From assembly GCA_951406725.2 (NCBI GenBank), contig OX597818.1, positions 24,552,001-24,616,000 on the forward strand: a DNA stretch of 64,000 nucleotides. The letters run 5' to 3'. A model generated the notes under the pieces. The model ran no database searches, was not told where the DNA came from, and saw only the letters and a program-made list of their open reading frames with translations. Positions 11,088 to 25,820 of the stretch are shown here, piece by piece. Source of the stretch: Octopus vulgaris. Taxonomy: Eukaryota. Each line of letters begins with the position of its first letter. Within the stretch, counting starts at the first letter, position 1. Position numbers and translations under genes: made by a program.

Positions 11088-12883
11088 CTATAAAAGAACA
11101 GAATGAAAATTGAATAAGAAGACAACAATACTGATGTTATATATTTCATACAGCTGTTCTCATCACAACACTCAGCACCCTCAATCAAGATAGACTTTGT
11201 ATGATTAAATCAAGGTATCACACCTTACATTTCATATCTCTGACAACATCTAAATACAAGGACTTGTGACTTCCTACACATAGGCCATGGTCTCCAAAGG
11301 ACAATGGATGATACTAGCTCATCTATTACTCTAAAGCAGCACCCAATAAATTGTACTTTGTTACATCACTGTTTGTGTGGTGAATAGTATAGTCCCATGA
11401 ATTTGTTTTAGTGTTGGATGTATTTTACACAAAAGGTTTTTAAACCTATGTTCATATGTGGTGAACTCCTCTTGTATTTAAGCCAGCTTGCAATATACTG
11501 GCCAATATTTGGACATCTGCTTTAAGCCCATCCTTCAAAATCAATGTCTTTCATGGTCTTGTTAAGCCAGTTCTCTAGTATAGCTTAGAAACAAGGCCAG
11601 TTTATATAAGACTGCTGAACTAAAGTTTATAAATTTAGGGAAGAGTTAGTAAACATTAGGTTCTCCAACCTATAGGATCTCACTGAACATCTAACCCATA
11701 CCAGCATGGAAAATGGAAGTAAAATGATGACGATGATGACAACAAAAATGATAATGACTATTATTTTCTGTAATGACTATTATTTATAAGATAAATAAGT
11801 GGGCAAATATTCTTTGCATCTTGATCTGATATATTTTTATCTTTGAAGTTAAACATTCTATGAACTGAATTACTTCATCCCAACCTTTATACTACAAATG
11901 TTTTATTAGTATTCTATAGTATATTTTCTGTATATATTAACTACTTGTATATAATTTGTTCCACAAGTTCATATACAGCTTATTCTCTATTTGATTCAGT
12001 CTTTATTGTCAAACTTCAGAGACACACATTATATCACATTATTCTTCATTAGAAGATTCCAGAAACATTTTCCACCAATTCTCATTGCATGAAATAAGTA
12101 TATGGTCACTTTCAGTTTCACTGTGTAGTATTAATTTGTTCCTTCTGAAATCACACTGTAAATATTTGTATTCCCATTGATTTCATTGCTTACTGTTGAT
12201 GTATGTTATTACACTTAATGCCTGTTTTGTTTTCAAGACTGAGAATGACCACTTTTATTGAGAGTCTTAGAATGCCTTAATCTTGCTCATGTTTAGGATT
12301 TTTTGCTAAATTCCCTCCTTCAATGCTTAGAAATTATTTTGAAAGTCTTTGATTAAATCTTTAATGATATATTGGACTATTACACAGACAATTATCTACA
12401 CATATTCAGTAATGAAGAATGAGAACAGAAACTATGAAAGTTCTAACTGAATTTTGAATTAATTACTGAAAATATTGAAACTAATCACTTGTATCTTTGA
12501 TACAAGTCTAGCTTTTTTATAGATCACTAGACTATACATCAGGCAAGCATAATTAAGTCTTTTTTACATGAGAAATGCAAAACAGTGTTGATGTATCACT
12601 ATATGAATAAATATCATCAAGCCAGAAATTAATGATAAAAAGTTATATTCTTACCTTAAGAACTCTTTCTGAAATTGGAATGATATCTTTGCCGTGTTTT
12701 GGAAGAGTTTGGCAAAGTGCAGGTTTCTTATTCTGTATTACTGAATTTGATATGGCTGATAAAACCTCTCTAAAATAAATAAATGTACATATGAACACAC
12801 TGTCTTATTTAGGTTGGAAAGCTTTGTGTTATCCCTTAAGTAAACAAGGATTGTTGACTGATATGCATGTAAAGCAACATGAT

Positions 12884-12941
<58 letters not shown>

Positions 12942-15900
12942 TAATAAACAGAAAGTCATATACCATATTTATTTACATGACTTAGGGGTGAGGGTATTCA
13001 GCTCATGATTGTGAGGTTGTGAGTTTGATTCTCAGCATCACATTGTGTCCTTGAGCAAGACACTTTATTTCACATTGCTCCAGTCCACTCAGTTGTCAAA
13101 AACGAGTTGTAGTAGTAATACAAAGGGCCAGCCTTATCTCTGAGTACTACGTTAAGGGTATGTGTGTCTGTAGAGTACTCAGCCACTTGCACATTAATTT
13201 TACAAGCAGGCAATTGAGTAATACACTATCATATATATAATACACATCCATTAATTATGGCAATGAAATTCAAGATTGCCATGGTGACATTGAGGAATTT
13301 TTTTTCTAAGGTTTTTGTTTGTGGAAGCAGAGAAAGTCTAGCACAAAGTGCCAAGTGGATGAAATTTGTCTGCCGAAAGTTAAGTGGGAGTGAATGATTC
13401 TATCATCTGCATAGGAGTGTATATGGTCAGAAGAATGTGGTATGTAGCAGAATTCTAAGATGAGTATTGGTAGAATGCAAACTGGCGAGACACAACAACA
13501 TCTGTTGTGATGGATTGGTGAGATAGCAAACTTTTCATAGGTAGATAACTTAGCAAGGAGGTTCTCATGTAAAGCAGGATCAAAAGCTTCACTAATCTTA
13601 ATGGTAATAACACTGTTTTCACATGAATTCTCAAGAGAAACAGTTGCCTGATGATATTGAACACTAAGAGACACATGAAGTAATCTACTGAAATTTTGAT
13701 AATCTGGAAAACAAGTAGTTGCTCTTCATTAATCCTAATTTACTCCTGGCCATGCTAATTCATTCCTGGACCATAATTTTTCAGCATCTGTCAACTTGAA
13801 ATTGTTTAAGAAGAACATTAACCACATCAAAGAGCATATGACAGTTACAGGCATAGCCCCTTTCTACAGATTAAACCAACAAAAGAAAAAGAATTAAAAT
13901 TATTTGCTATGTCTAATCAGAAATAACAATTATAGTTAGTTTTCAACAGTATGATAAAAGCCTTTGAATGATGTAAAAATGTGATACTAATTAACAGAAT
14001 GTAAATGTTACAAAGCTAGGTTGGTTTTAAGCTGCAAAGTAAATTGGTTAAGTTACTCAGAGCAAAATCCAATCCCTGATACTCTTATATGAACTTATAA
14101 GAAAACAAAAATATTTCAAATAACTGTTTTTAAATTAGGTACAAGACCAACAATTTTGAGAGTAGGGCTTAGTTGATTATATTGTCCCCACTTGACTGGT
14201 GCTTTAAATTACTAACTCCCAAAAAAGAGGAAAATCAAAGTTGACCTCAGGAGGAGTTGAACTTAGAATGTACACAACTGGAACAAATACCACAAGGTAT
14301 TTTTCAAATGTTTTCATTAAATTAAAATAAACCGTATTCTGACATATGCAAACAAATCTCTACAAAAACTTACTTTCGACGATCTTGAAATTCCTCTGGC
14401 ATCATTGGAGAACCATACAACTTGAGCTTCCAGTAGTTAATTATGCCAAATCGTTTGTCAGATGTATCTGCAGGTAGCAAATAATTGAAAAAGAAAACTC
14501 AGTCATGTTTTAAAAATGTACTAATGCTAAACTTAGTGAAAGAAGTTACTTGAATTTTAATGACAACCAAATACTGGTTTCAAACATTAGCACAAGGGTG
14601 CCCATTTTGGGGGAAGGGGGTATGTTAATTACACCAACCCCAGTACTTGTCTGGTACTTATTTCATTGACCCTAAGAGGATGAAAGGTAAAGATGATCTT
14701 AGCAGAATTTGAAATCAGAAAGTAAAGAGAGATGAAATGGTGCTAAGCATTTTGCCCAGCGCAGTAACAATTCTGCCAATTCCAAATATTAGGAATTGTG
14801 ATGTCTAAATTCATGTGATGGTAAATTTCAGAGAGTACAAAATCAACCTCATACACAGATAATTAGACTTGTTGATTTTTCTTAATCTATTAATAAGTTA
14901 CTTATTTTTATGCTATGGTCTATCATCATTCATTTTCTTTGTTTCAGCTAGAACTAATTACATCTAGTATTTGCTAATCCTCTTAATAATGTCATTAAAT
15001 TATTGCATAAAACTAGATTAGTATAGTTTTTGTTGTTGTTATTTTTAGTCAGGAAGTAAGACAGAGCCTATGATCTATTACAGGGCCTCTGAGACAGGTG
15101 AGAGGGAAAGAGGGTGGTATTCTCAACTCCCAAGCTTGGCTCAAATGCTTGCAAAAAAGTGGACTCTGCTTAAGGTCCTTAACATGCCAAGTGATAGTGT
15201 TAAATTGAGCAATGGGTTAAGCTTCCCACACAAGTAGGCCATAGCAGGATTTTAACTCAGAATGCAAAATGGCAGAACAATTACAACAATGCATCAAGTG
15301 CAATGTTCAGAACATCCATTATGTCAGTATATTTTGTCTCAGGTTGTAATCTACTGAGTTGAGATGCTTGAGAGTGAACAATTAGAGCAAACAAACTGAA
15401 ATCACAATCAAAATCTGAGAGAACATATCCTTAGTGACTTCATACTTTATCCCACTACTACAATATGTAATATACATACATGAAAGAGCACACGTTTAGC
15501 TATGTAGTGGTGTACAGCTGTTAGTTAAATGCTATCAAGGGTATGTGAATCAATGCTAAGATATCATTAATTTTCTTATTATCCAGTGTAACTTTTTAAA
15601 ATAAAAAATAATAACAAAATGAATAATATAGGTGACTGCAGGGCCAGAAGAAGCATTAAATAGCTGAGGGATTAAAATTAATCAAAGGATATACTAAGTA
15701 TGTCTACCTGCTGGAAATAACAGTCAAAACTCTTATTTAAATCGACAAAATACACTGATGATCACTACAGAAACTTCAGTAACAACCCTCCACCCGGGTT
15801 CCAAAACTGCAACTCCAATCACCATACAAACACCAGTTGCCGATGTAAACTACCTTTAGTCCAATGAAATTTTACAAACACCAGTTGCTGACCATTACTG

Positions 15901-18900
15901 GGATATCCCAGAAACAGCAGTAATACTTTAAAAATTGCTGAATTATTTTTAATAACATATACGACTTGCGATGTCTCAGCTTGGTGTTTGTTTTCCTTTT
16001 CAACAAATTGATTGATATATATATATATATGTGTGTGTGTGTGTAAAGACAACATACTTGCACACAGTTTCCATGACAAGCCATTGTTTGTCTCAGGGCC
16101 ATATTAGAAGACATTTGTCCATAGATCTGGGCAGTGAGACTGTACCTGAAACCATGTAGTTGCGAAGTCAGCTTCTTAACCACACAGTCACGCTACTATT
16201 TCAAAGCTGAGACATCAAACTTTCATGCAATTTGCTACAAAACGAAACAGAGATATAGGAAATTTTCTACAGTTAAATATTCAACAAAATTTATTAAAGT
16301 ATAAATAAAAAAATGTTTTCTTACTGATATCTTTTATAAGAAGCTTCCAAGTTCCAATTGGAGATTCACCCCAGCATCTAACAGTACTAAACCACCAGCC
16401 TTTTAAACCTCTGTCAGACCTATTTTGAAAAGCAAATAAACATTTTAATATACAAATTTTTATGATACTGTTTTCATATTTAATCATATTCACAGTAATC
16501 ATCAACATCATAATTTCCAATTTAGTATGATTTGAACAGATCTTTTCTATAGTGTGTCTAGTTTGTCAACAGAGAGCCTCTGCTTGCTATAAATAGTAAC
16601 CAAATATCCTTCATATTACACCTTCCATCTTATAAAAGGTAAGACATATTGAGAATTGTATTCCTAAATAAAATTTCCTTGAGTAAAAGATGGAATGGTC
16701 ACAGTTGGAATGTCTTTAAATATTGGTCTGCTCAGTCAGAGCTGGCTTTGTGCTAAATAACAAAAATAATTTTTGTCATCTTGTTCTGAAATCTGACCTA
16801 GTCATTTCTTTCCATGTCTTCAGACTACCATTGCCACAAATCTCTTCCTCTTTCTCACTTAGCATGTATATCACATGTTCATACCACCACAACCATCCAT
16901 CTTGCATACATGAAGTGATACCTTTAATGCTCAGTAACTATCCCATGCTCTAACTTTCATGAAGGTAAACAAATTTCTTTTACATTCATTTCACAATACA
17001 AGCACAGGTGAAATGAATTTACCAATTTGGATATTAACATACCATTGAAATAGTTATATTTACAATTGGAAGAAGTGCTGACCACCTGAACATCAGAAAT
17101 CAGATTGAGAAAAGCATAGCAACACCTAGAAAATGGCTTTCATAAAGCTTGAACTCACAGCATTTGGTTTAGCTTATATAGCTAGTTACTTGTATTGTGT
17201 CTTACTTGCTAGATTCTGCACTAAACTCTGATAAAATCCTTTCTCTTCCAAACAACTGAATTCTTCACTTATCCACATTTTCTTTACAAATGTTGACCTA
17301 CACATATTTAAACTGAACATCACTAATACTGATCTCAGTTCCTCTTTCCTTTGACCAACTTATTTTTTAAAAATATGAATCTTTTAAATGTAGAATGAAG
17401 AAGACATTTTCAATTGAAAACTAATAATATAAAAACTGAACTGATAATTACTTGTCACTTGCTCTAGGTGGAGCAATCATTGAATGAGTACCACTTGGAC
17501 ACAGTAGTTGGATATCTAACTGACCACGAAAATGGTGAGTTATATTAACTGTGACTAATACATGTTCAAGAACATTCAGCACATACCCTTGTAGGTCTTT
17601 CTTAGTTACTGAAAAATATAATTTTCAAATAAGTAAATATAATTCATATGATTTTTTTCAAACTTCTGAAATTATCAGCTACACTTGTAATGTCCAGAAA
17701 ACCCAAACTATCATTGTAAAAATTTATTAAAAGAGAATGCAGCTGTGAAAGCAGCAGAATTTAAAATTAAGCTGAGGAGCATATAAAAAAAGTAATGTTA
17801 TTTAATCTAAACTTCCTGCCGCCCATCTCATTTATTTAAACTCTCATTAGAGTTATTTTTTAAATTTTGGAATAGAAAGAATTACAATTACTGAGAAACA
17901 TTTCCTTTCTGATTTTGTAACCTTGTTTCTAATGAAATACATTGCCAATGTTTTTGATTAAGTTTGAAAATAATCAAGAATATGGATTTAGTTAAACACT
18001 GTTTTTCATCAAGCTGGGGTATAGAATATAACAAACATTCTTCATTAAGATCATGACAGAAGATTTTAATAAAAACATGGACTTTAAAACAGGGAGTTTT
18101 GTATTATAAAACCAGAGGCTGTCTAGGAATGATTGGTATCAAATGGGTTGGGTATAAAATCACCGTTAAATCTTTTCATTGTTATTAGAACGTTTGGATA
18201 GAATAAAAAGATTTGATACATAATAGGGTTTTAGGGTCATTTCCCCTGCTAAAGTTAGGGTTAATCATGTAGGCTTTATGACAGTTTATTCATCATGATT
18301 CCATGATTTTTGAGGTAGTGTTTTAGGTTGAATGTCCTTCCTGTCACCAACACTTTTACTTGCTTCATACAATACGCTGATTGTACCTACTCTAAATTAT
18401 TTCCTTGTTCATAATTTGAGATAATTACCAAAAACAAAACCGATAATCAATATTTTAATGCTTTAGTAGTTAAACTAGCCACATCTTGCCCAAATATCCT
18501 ATCTGTTTTATGTTCAAATCTGACCTCTTACAACTATCCTACAATGTCATTTACAGAATTTAATAAAGAAAAAGCACAATTTACATTAGAAAAGTCTTCT
18601 TTGTCTAAAATTCAATACTAAATAAATTTTAATATCAACTTGCCCCTCAGTATAATCCATGTAATATGTAAAGAAGTTTCTTCAACTTCAATTAGATGCT
18701 AAAGTTTAATTTCTGCATTAGTTCACTTTTGAAAATAATATTAAAATGAAATACGTTAATACTATAAGTCAATCAAATCTTTAATCTTTAAAAATTAAAC
18801 TGTTTCAGGAGATCTCAGTGACATTATTGGATCACAAATGATCTTTAACAAAAAAGTATTCTATGAACGAAAGACAAACAAATTTAATGAATTTATAAAA

Positions 18901-21900
18901 AAGTTATTTATAACAGAAAAAGCTTCACACCACAAATATCCATAATTCAAGTTTCTGTAGCATTAAGTGAATAAGAAAATAAAATTTTCTTGGATAGGAT
19001 GCTGGGTTATTGCAGATAACATTTCTTCATAAAGAAACTAAACTTAGTACTTACTCCAAAGCAGCAAATTTCTGAGTTGCCATTGCTTATAATAATGAAC
19101 CATATCATCCACAATACTTTAGAGCCACATGAACTCATGAGAGATCTGCTACATGGTTATTCTAATTTCTGGAAATAGCAACTAAAACTCCTTACTGTCA
19201 TAATAATGACAACACAGAGGATAATATGGCAATGCAAGTACACAGCCAAGGGAAAGTGGAAATGTTCATGGCTAGAATGTCTTTGATCAAAGATTTGCTC
19301 AATCAAACTGACTTGAGTGTTCAATAATGTCTTAGAGCTAGGTGGACTCAACTATTAAAAATTAATTGACATGACCACCGACACATTACAGCACCAATAC
19401 CAGGCATAAATGACCACTCTCTCAGCTGGTTTACCAATCCTCCATAAACATGATCATCAGAAAGTTATATTAAAAAACAAATTATCAGTTAAATAAAAAT
19501 AATTTTCAAACCTTCATAAGCTGACACAGACCAGTCGTCTTTAGGTATTGGTTTGTTAAGTGTTATAATTTCAGTTTCATACTCAGTAAGCCATGGAACA
19601 ATCTTCCAAACCTATAATGCTCATCATGAAAAATAACATTATTGTCAATTGAAACCAATATATAAAATAATATATAAAAACTATCAGCTGAATACCATTA
19701 AATGTGTTCCTAAGTTTCTATATAATATTATCATATTGATCTTTTAATCTTTTCAGTCTTCTTAGTTTGGGAAGAACCCATAACTAAAGATTTGAACCAA
19801 AGACAGGCTTTGGGTATAAACTAGTTTGAGTATTAACAAAGTATTTGTTTTTCAAAGTATTTGTTTTATTCTTACATTAAATTCAAACAAGAATTAAAAA
19901 ACAGAAACTGATTCAGTAACTAAATTGAAAGAAAGAAAAAGAAGAGCATAAACATTAAAAAAAAATACTTAATAAGAATATGATGCTATTATAAAATAAG
20001 CTTATTAAGATGATTAACATGTTGACATACCTTGGCTGCATTGACCAGATGCCATGCTTTCATCAAACCAAATCCATGTCTATGGCTATGTCTCAAGCCA
20101 GCTGCATTCGTTATCCATTTGGCATCAGCATCAACCTGAAATATTAAGAAATTCATTCACATATTATCATTGTAGTTATGTGAAGAGAATTGGAGCTGTT
20201 TTTTTTTTGATTAGTCCTACAGGAAGTTGGAAGGGATATAAATTGAACAAATCAGCTAGATTCAAGGAATTATTTTAAGTTAGTTATTTTTATAACTTAT
20301 CACTAATTATATTCGAGCCCTCCCACCCCCACCACCAATACCGGTGAACCCGCCCTCCCACCACCAATACCGGTGAACCCGCCCTCCCACCACCAATACC
20401 GGTGAACCCGCCCTCCCACCACCAATACCGGTGAACCCGCCCTCCCACCACCAATACCGGTGAACACTGTTCTCACCATCTACACCGGATACTCCCTCCT
20501 CCTCCCCCACCACCCCTTCTCCTCATATGCTTTCACTGTGAAAAGACAAGCTACTAGTGTCACAGCTCTTCAACCGCCCACTGATCTTACGCTTCCTCCT
20601 GTTTTGAATCTGACACTGCCTCAATCCGACTATCTCCTTCCAGTCCCCTCCCCACCTCGTAATTATCCTACGTTTTTATTTCTTACGAACCTGCACCAAC
20701 CCTTCTTGCCATCGTTCCTCCCCCCCCCCACCCATTCCAAGTACCCCGGATCCCTGTTGCCCCCGTGTCGCGGGCACGTTAAAAAGCTCGAACCGATCGT
20801 GACCGATGCCGGACCCCCCGGCCCCTGTGCAGGTGGCACGTAAAAAGCACCCACTCCACTCACGGAGTGGTTGGCGTTAGGAAGGGCATCCAGCCGTAGA
20901 AACTCTGCCAGATCATACTGGAGCCTGGAGCGGCCCCTGGCTTCCCAGACCCCGGTCGAACCTTCCAACCCGTGCTAGCGCGGAAAACGGACGTTAAACG
21001 ATGATGATGATGATGATGATGAAAGAGATCAATAATAATTCAAGAGACAATACTAGTAAAAATGTTGCCAGATCAATTAAAATTTAAAATCTAAAATATT
21101 TAATGAACAATATAAATATATCAAATGCTTACTTTGATTCAAATTAAAAAAGATAAAAGTAAACAAATCAAATATTTTTATTTATTTTTTCCATCTGCAA
21201 GACTGTTATTAGTTTATAAATTTAGGTATTTTATGTGAGTTTCAAGTCATTGTCAGATTGGATGTTTTCCTTAGTTAAGCTTCAAAATTATAAAATTTAA
21301 CTTATTGTTTAGATATATGGAATCACAATGTAGTGGTTTGTATTATTTATGTATTATTAGGCTCACATTAAAAAAATATATACCCAACCTTATTTGTAAG
21401 CAAACATCATACTAACTGAAACTGCTGATAATATAATCAAGTGCTGAACATCTCTCCATGTAAGGCAGGGCTGCACTTCCAATAATAACGCGATCAATCC
21501 AGCTGCAATTGGTGCTGCAGCACTTGTTCCTGTATGATCAGATGTGCAGCCATCCCCTGTGTTTTTCGACCAGTCAGTGGTCACCTGACATAAATGAATA
21601 TCAAGTATTTTTTTCAAGTATCAAAATGAAGTTCATATATTAAATCAGTATAAATTGTTTATTAATTGAAATCTCTAATAGATTTACTTCATAAACATTA
21701 TACTGAAGGTTACCAAATAATCTTTCCACAAAATGTTCATATCTTAATTCAGTTCTCATTTACTCAAATGCTAGTTGTGAAACATTCACCTGCCCAGTTG
21801 GAATGCTGATGAAATCATTCCATGCCATTGATACCTTAGTGTTACATTTAAGTAAAACTGACCAAAGATATTAAGCAATAATGAATGCTTAATTAGGAGC

Positions 21901-24900
21901 TGTATAAAACAAAAATAGATAAATAAGTGTTTAGAAAATTGGTAAAGGGAAAATTGTTATAAATAAAGTAATTTATTAACTACTCTAGATATCACACAAA
22001 CACCCAAAGTTTCATATATATATATGTATATATATAGGATTTGAGGGGAAAATAGAAAGAAATCAATTCAAAAACATATAAGAAACATTTCCCAATATTA
22101 GGGTTGTGCAATTCATTGAGGATTATTAAAATTATCACAAAAAAATACTACTAAGTTAGTTATTTTAGCTTGTTAGTGAAGAAATGTTTGCTACAGGAAG
22201 TACTTACAATAGAACGGGCATTATTTCCACCACTGCTAAAGGTCACAGCTAGCATGGCAGCACAATTTTCAGCATAATAGGGCATATGACCATATTCATC
22301 AACAGCACCTAGATATTTGGAAAGGGCAAATTCATTTCCATATGAAACTTTAGTACATTACAAAGATAAAGGTGATTCTTTCAAAAAAAGAATGAGACAG
22401 GAGAAATGCAGCAGTGACCATAATATAAAGGTCAGTAAGAACAAGTGTATTGAAATAGTTATTATAGAAGATTAACAACATGTTGAGACTAGATATTTTA
22501 CACATATTTAGATACATCTAAAATCTATCTTTCGTGAAAATTTCAAGTGAATGGAATAAATATTTCATAATATATGAAAAAAATAAACAAACAATCTTCC
22601 AAATGGCAGCAGCCAAAAGTTAAGGGTCACTTAGAAAAAATTAACTACTAACCGATGTATTTGTTGTTTAGAAGACTGTTAATGGGCTAACAGTTACTGC
22701 TTATGATCTTACATTATTGGAACATTCAACTGTCAACATGGCAGCTTGTGAAAGACGACCAGTGTCCTGTGATGAAAAACAAAGGATTGTGTGTGTCCAC
22801 CAAGAGGGCAAGTCAAATTCTGTAATAGCAACTACTGTATGAAGGTCTAGATGTGTTGTGCAACAACTTGTAGCTCATTTTAAGTCATCAGGATCAACAG
22901 ATGCTAAATCTAAAACTAGTAGACCTTATAAAACTTCACCAAGACAGGATTGTATTATGGTTAGAATGTCATTGAAGGACAGGTATAAGAGTGCTGCTGA
23001 GATGTCCCGCAACTTTAGCTCCACTTCTGATATCAACATATCACACAAAACAGTTTCTCAGAGGTTACAAGGTTCTGGGTTGCTTGCTTGGGCACTGGCA
23101 AAGAAACCTCTGATCTCCAAGAAGAATCAAAGAACCCCTCTTCATTTCGCTCACAAACATGTCATTTGGACAGAAGAACAGTGGTCACAGGTTCATTTTA
23201 GCAATGAACTGAAGTTTAATGTGATTGGTTCCGATGGCGGGATGTACATCTGACAAAGAAGTGGCAAAAGGTTATTTCATGCATGTGTGAAGAAGACAGT
23301 GAAATATGGAGGAGGCAGTGTAATGGTATGGGGAGTGATCTCTGCTGTTGGTCCTGGTCTACTTATTCGCCTATAAGGGACTGTCAATGCTGAAATCTAC
23401 AAGCAGATTCTTAGACAGCATGTCCTTCCACATCTCCAATTCTTGTCAGTTCAACCTCTTATCTTCAATGCTGCCTGTCATACTGCAAAGAGAGTCAGAG
23501 ACTTTTTGAGTGATGAAGGGTCTGATCTCATGGGCTGGCCACCTCAAACTACTGATCTCAATGCTATAAAAAACGTTTGGAAGATTATTGGAGATGGGGA
23601 ACGAAGGAGAAATCCAAAGGAGTAAGACGAACTCTGGGAATTATTGAAAAATGAATGGAACAATATTACTCTATTTTGCAAGAAATTCAGTCCTGTGGTA
23701 ACAGATACCAGGAGGTTATTGATAGTAAAAGGATATTCACAAAATATTAATAGTAAGGATTTCTTTTTAGTTCTTGTTCCATTTTTCATTGTTTTTCTAA
23801 GTGACACTTAACTTTTGGCCGTTGTAGTTTCGAAGATCATTTGTTTATTTCCTCATAACTTACGAAATATCTATACCATTCACTTGAAACTTTCACAAAA
23901 GAGATATTAAATATATCTAAATATGTGTAAAATATCTAGTCTCACTGTTTTGTGGATCTTCTATAATAAATATTTCAATACACTTGTTCTTACTGACCCT
24001 TATATTATGAACGCTGCTGTATGGTGGCAATGCATTTAGAATACGAACAGCCATGCTACATGGCAGTGAAACATGGGCCGTGACTGCTGAGGACATGCGT
24101 AAGCTCGTGAGGAATGAAGCCAGTATGCTCCGTTGGATGTGTAATGTCAGTGTACATACTCGACAGAGCGTTAGTACCTTGAGAGAAATGTTGTACCTAA
24201 GAAGCATCAGTTGTGGTGTGCAAGAGAGACGATTATGTTGGTATGGTCATGTGGCGAGAATGGATGTAGATAGGTGTGTGAGAAAGTGCCAATACCTAGC
24301 AGTTGAGGGAATCCGTGGAAGAGGTAGACCCAGGAAAACCTGGGACGAGGTGGTGAAGCACGACCTTCGAACTTTAGGCCTCACTGAGGAAATGACCAGC
24401 GACCGAGACCTTTGGAAATATGCTGTACGTGAGAAGACCAGGCAGGACAAGTGAGCCCAGCCCTTTTATGAATGCCTTTCCTCCCTTGGACACAAAGACC
24501 TGTTGAGGCAAGCGAAGTCGATATAGAACCTCATCCGACGACAGGCACCCATGCCAACCCCCTTTGCTTGCGAAGACATGTTGGGGCAAGTGAAAGTGAA
24601 ATCGAAATCGAATTGAACCAGCCAGGATCCCTGGTCTGGTGGTACGTAAAAAGTACTATCCGACTCGTGGCCGATGCCAGTGCCGCCTCGACTGGCTTCC
24701 GTGCCGGTGGCACGTAAAATACACCAATCCGACCGTGGCCGTTGCCAGCCTCGCCTGGCACCTGTGCAGGTGGCACGTAAAAAGCACCCACTACACTCAT
24801 GGAGTGGTTGGCGTTAGGAAGGGCATCCAGCTGTAGAAACATTGCCAGATAAGACTGGAGCCTGGTGCAGCCTTCTGGCTTCCCAGATCCCCGGTCGAAC

Positions 24901-25768
24901 CGTCCAACCCATGCTGGCATGGAGAACGAACGTTAAACGATGATGATAATGATGACATAAAAATACCAATTATATAATTGAATTGTTATTTCATGTATTA
25001 TTTATATAGAAAAATGGAGATGCATGTGATGTGTATATCATTAGATAATACATAAAACTGAAGAAAAAATTATGAAACAATTCATAAAAAAAAAATGAAG
25101 TGCCCCAGCATGGCCACAACTCGTGAGCTGAAACTAGATGAAATAAAAAAAAATTTTTTTAATAAATATAAAGATCAATAATACCCAATCTTCAAATTTC
25201 AACTATTTTAATAAATTATCATGCTATTATTAAGCAGTTAGTTTATAAAACAATTTTAAAGTTTTAATTCAAACATCTAAACATTTCATTCAAAGAATAA
25301 GTGGCCTCTAATTTACATTCATTATTTATAACTGTTAATTGAGAGCCACAGCTGCAGGAAAGTTTGGAAGTTCATGTCTCAAACTGGCACTATGTCAGTC
25401 TAGCAGCTCAGCCCACTAATGAATTAGTATTTCAGAGTGACACAGTTCCCTGCTGCAAGCATAAAAGGCTCTGCATTATTGATATTTTGTTGGCTTGAAG
25501 TGCAGCTGAAAGCTTATCCTGGGTTGTTGAAGAGGAGACATTTTTTGGGATAGTTAATACCAGCACTAATTGTCTATCAATGGATATCTTTGTGTAAGAT
25601 TAAGAAATGCTCCCTGTTTGATGCATTTGACTAAGATAAATGAACTATTGATTGGTTAACTCTCAAAGTTGATTAACAAAGTCATTACTGAGAGATGCAC
25701 AATTACCTGTTTTAAAGAATGCAATAACAGATACAACTACTACTACTACTACTACTACTAAATAATAA

Positions 25769-25820
<52 letters not shown>

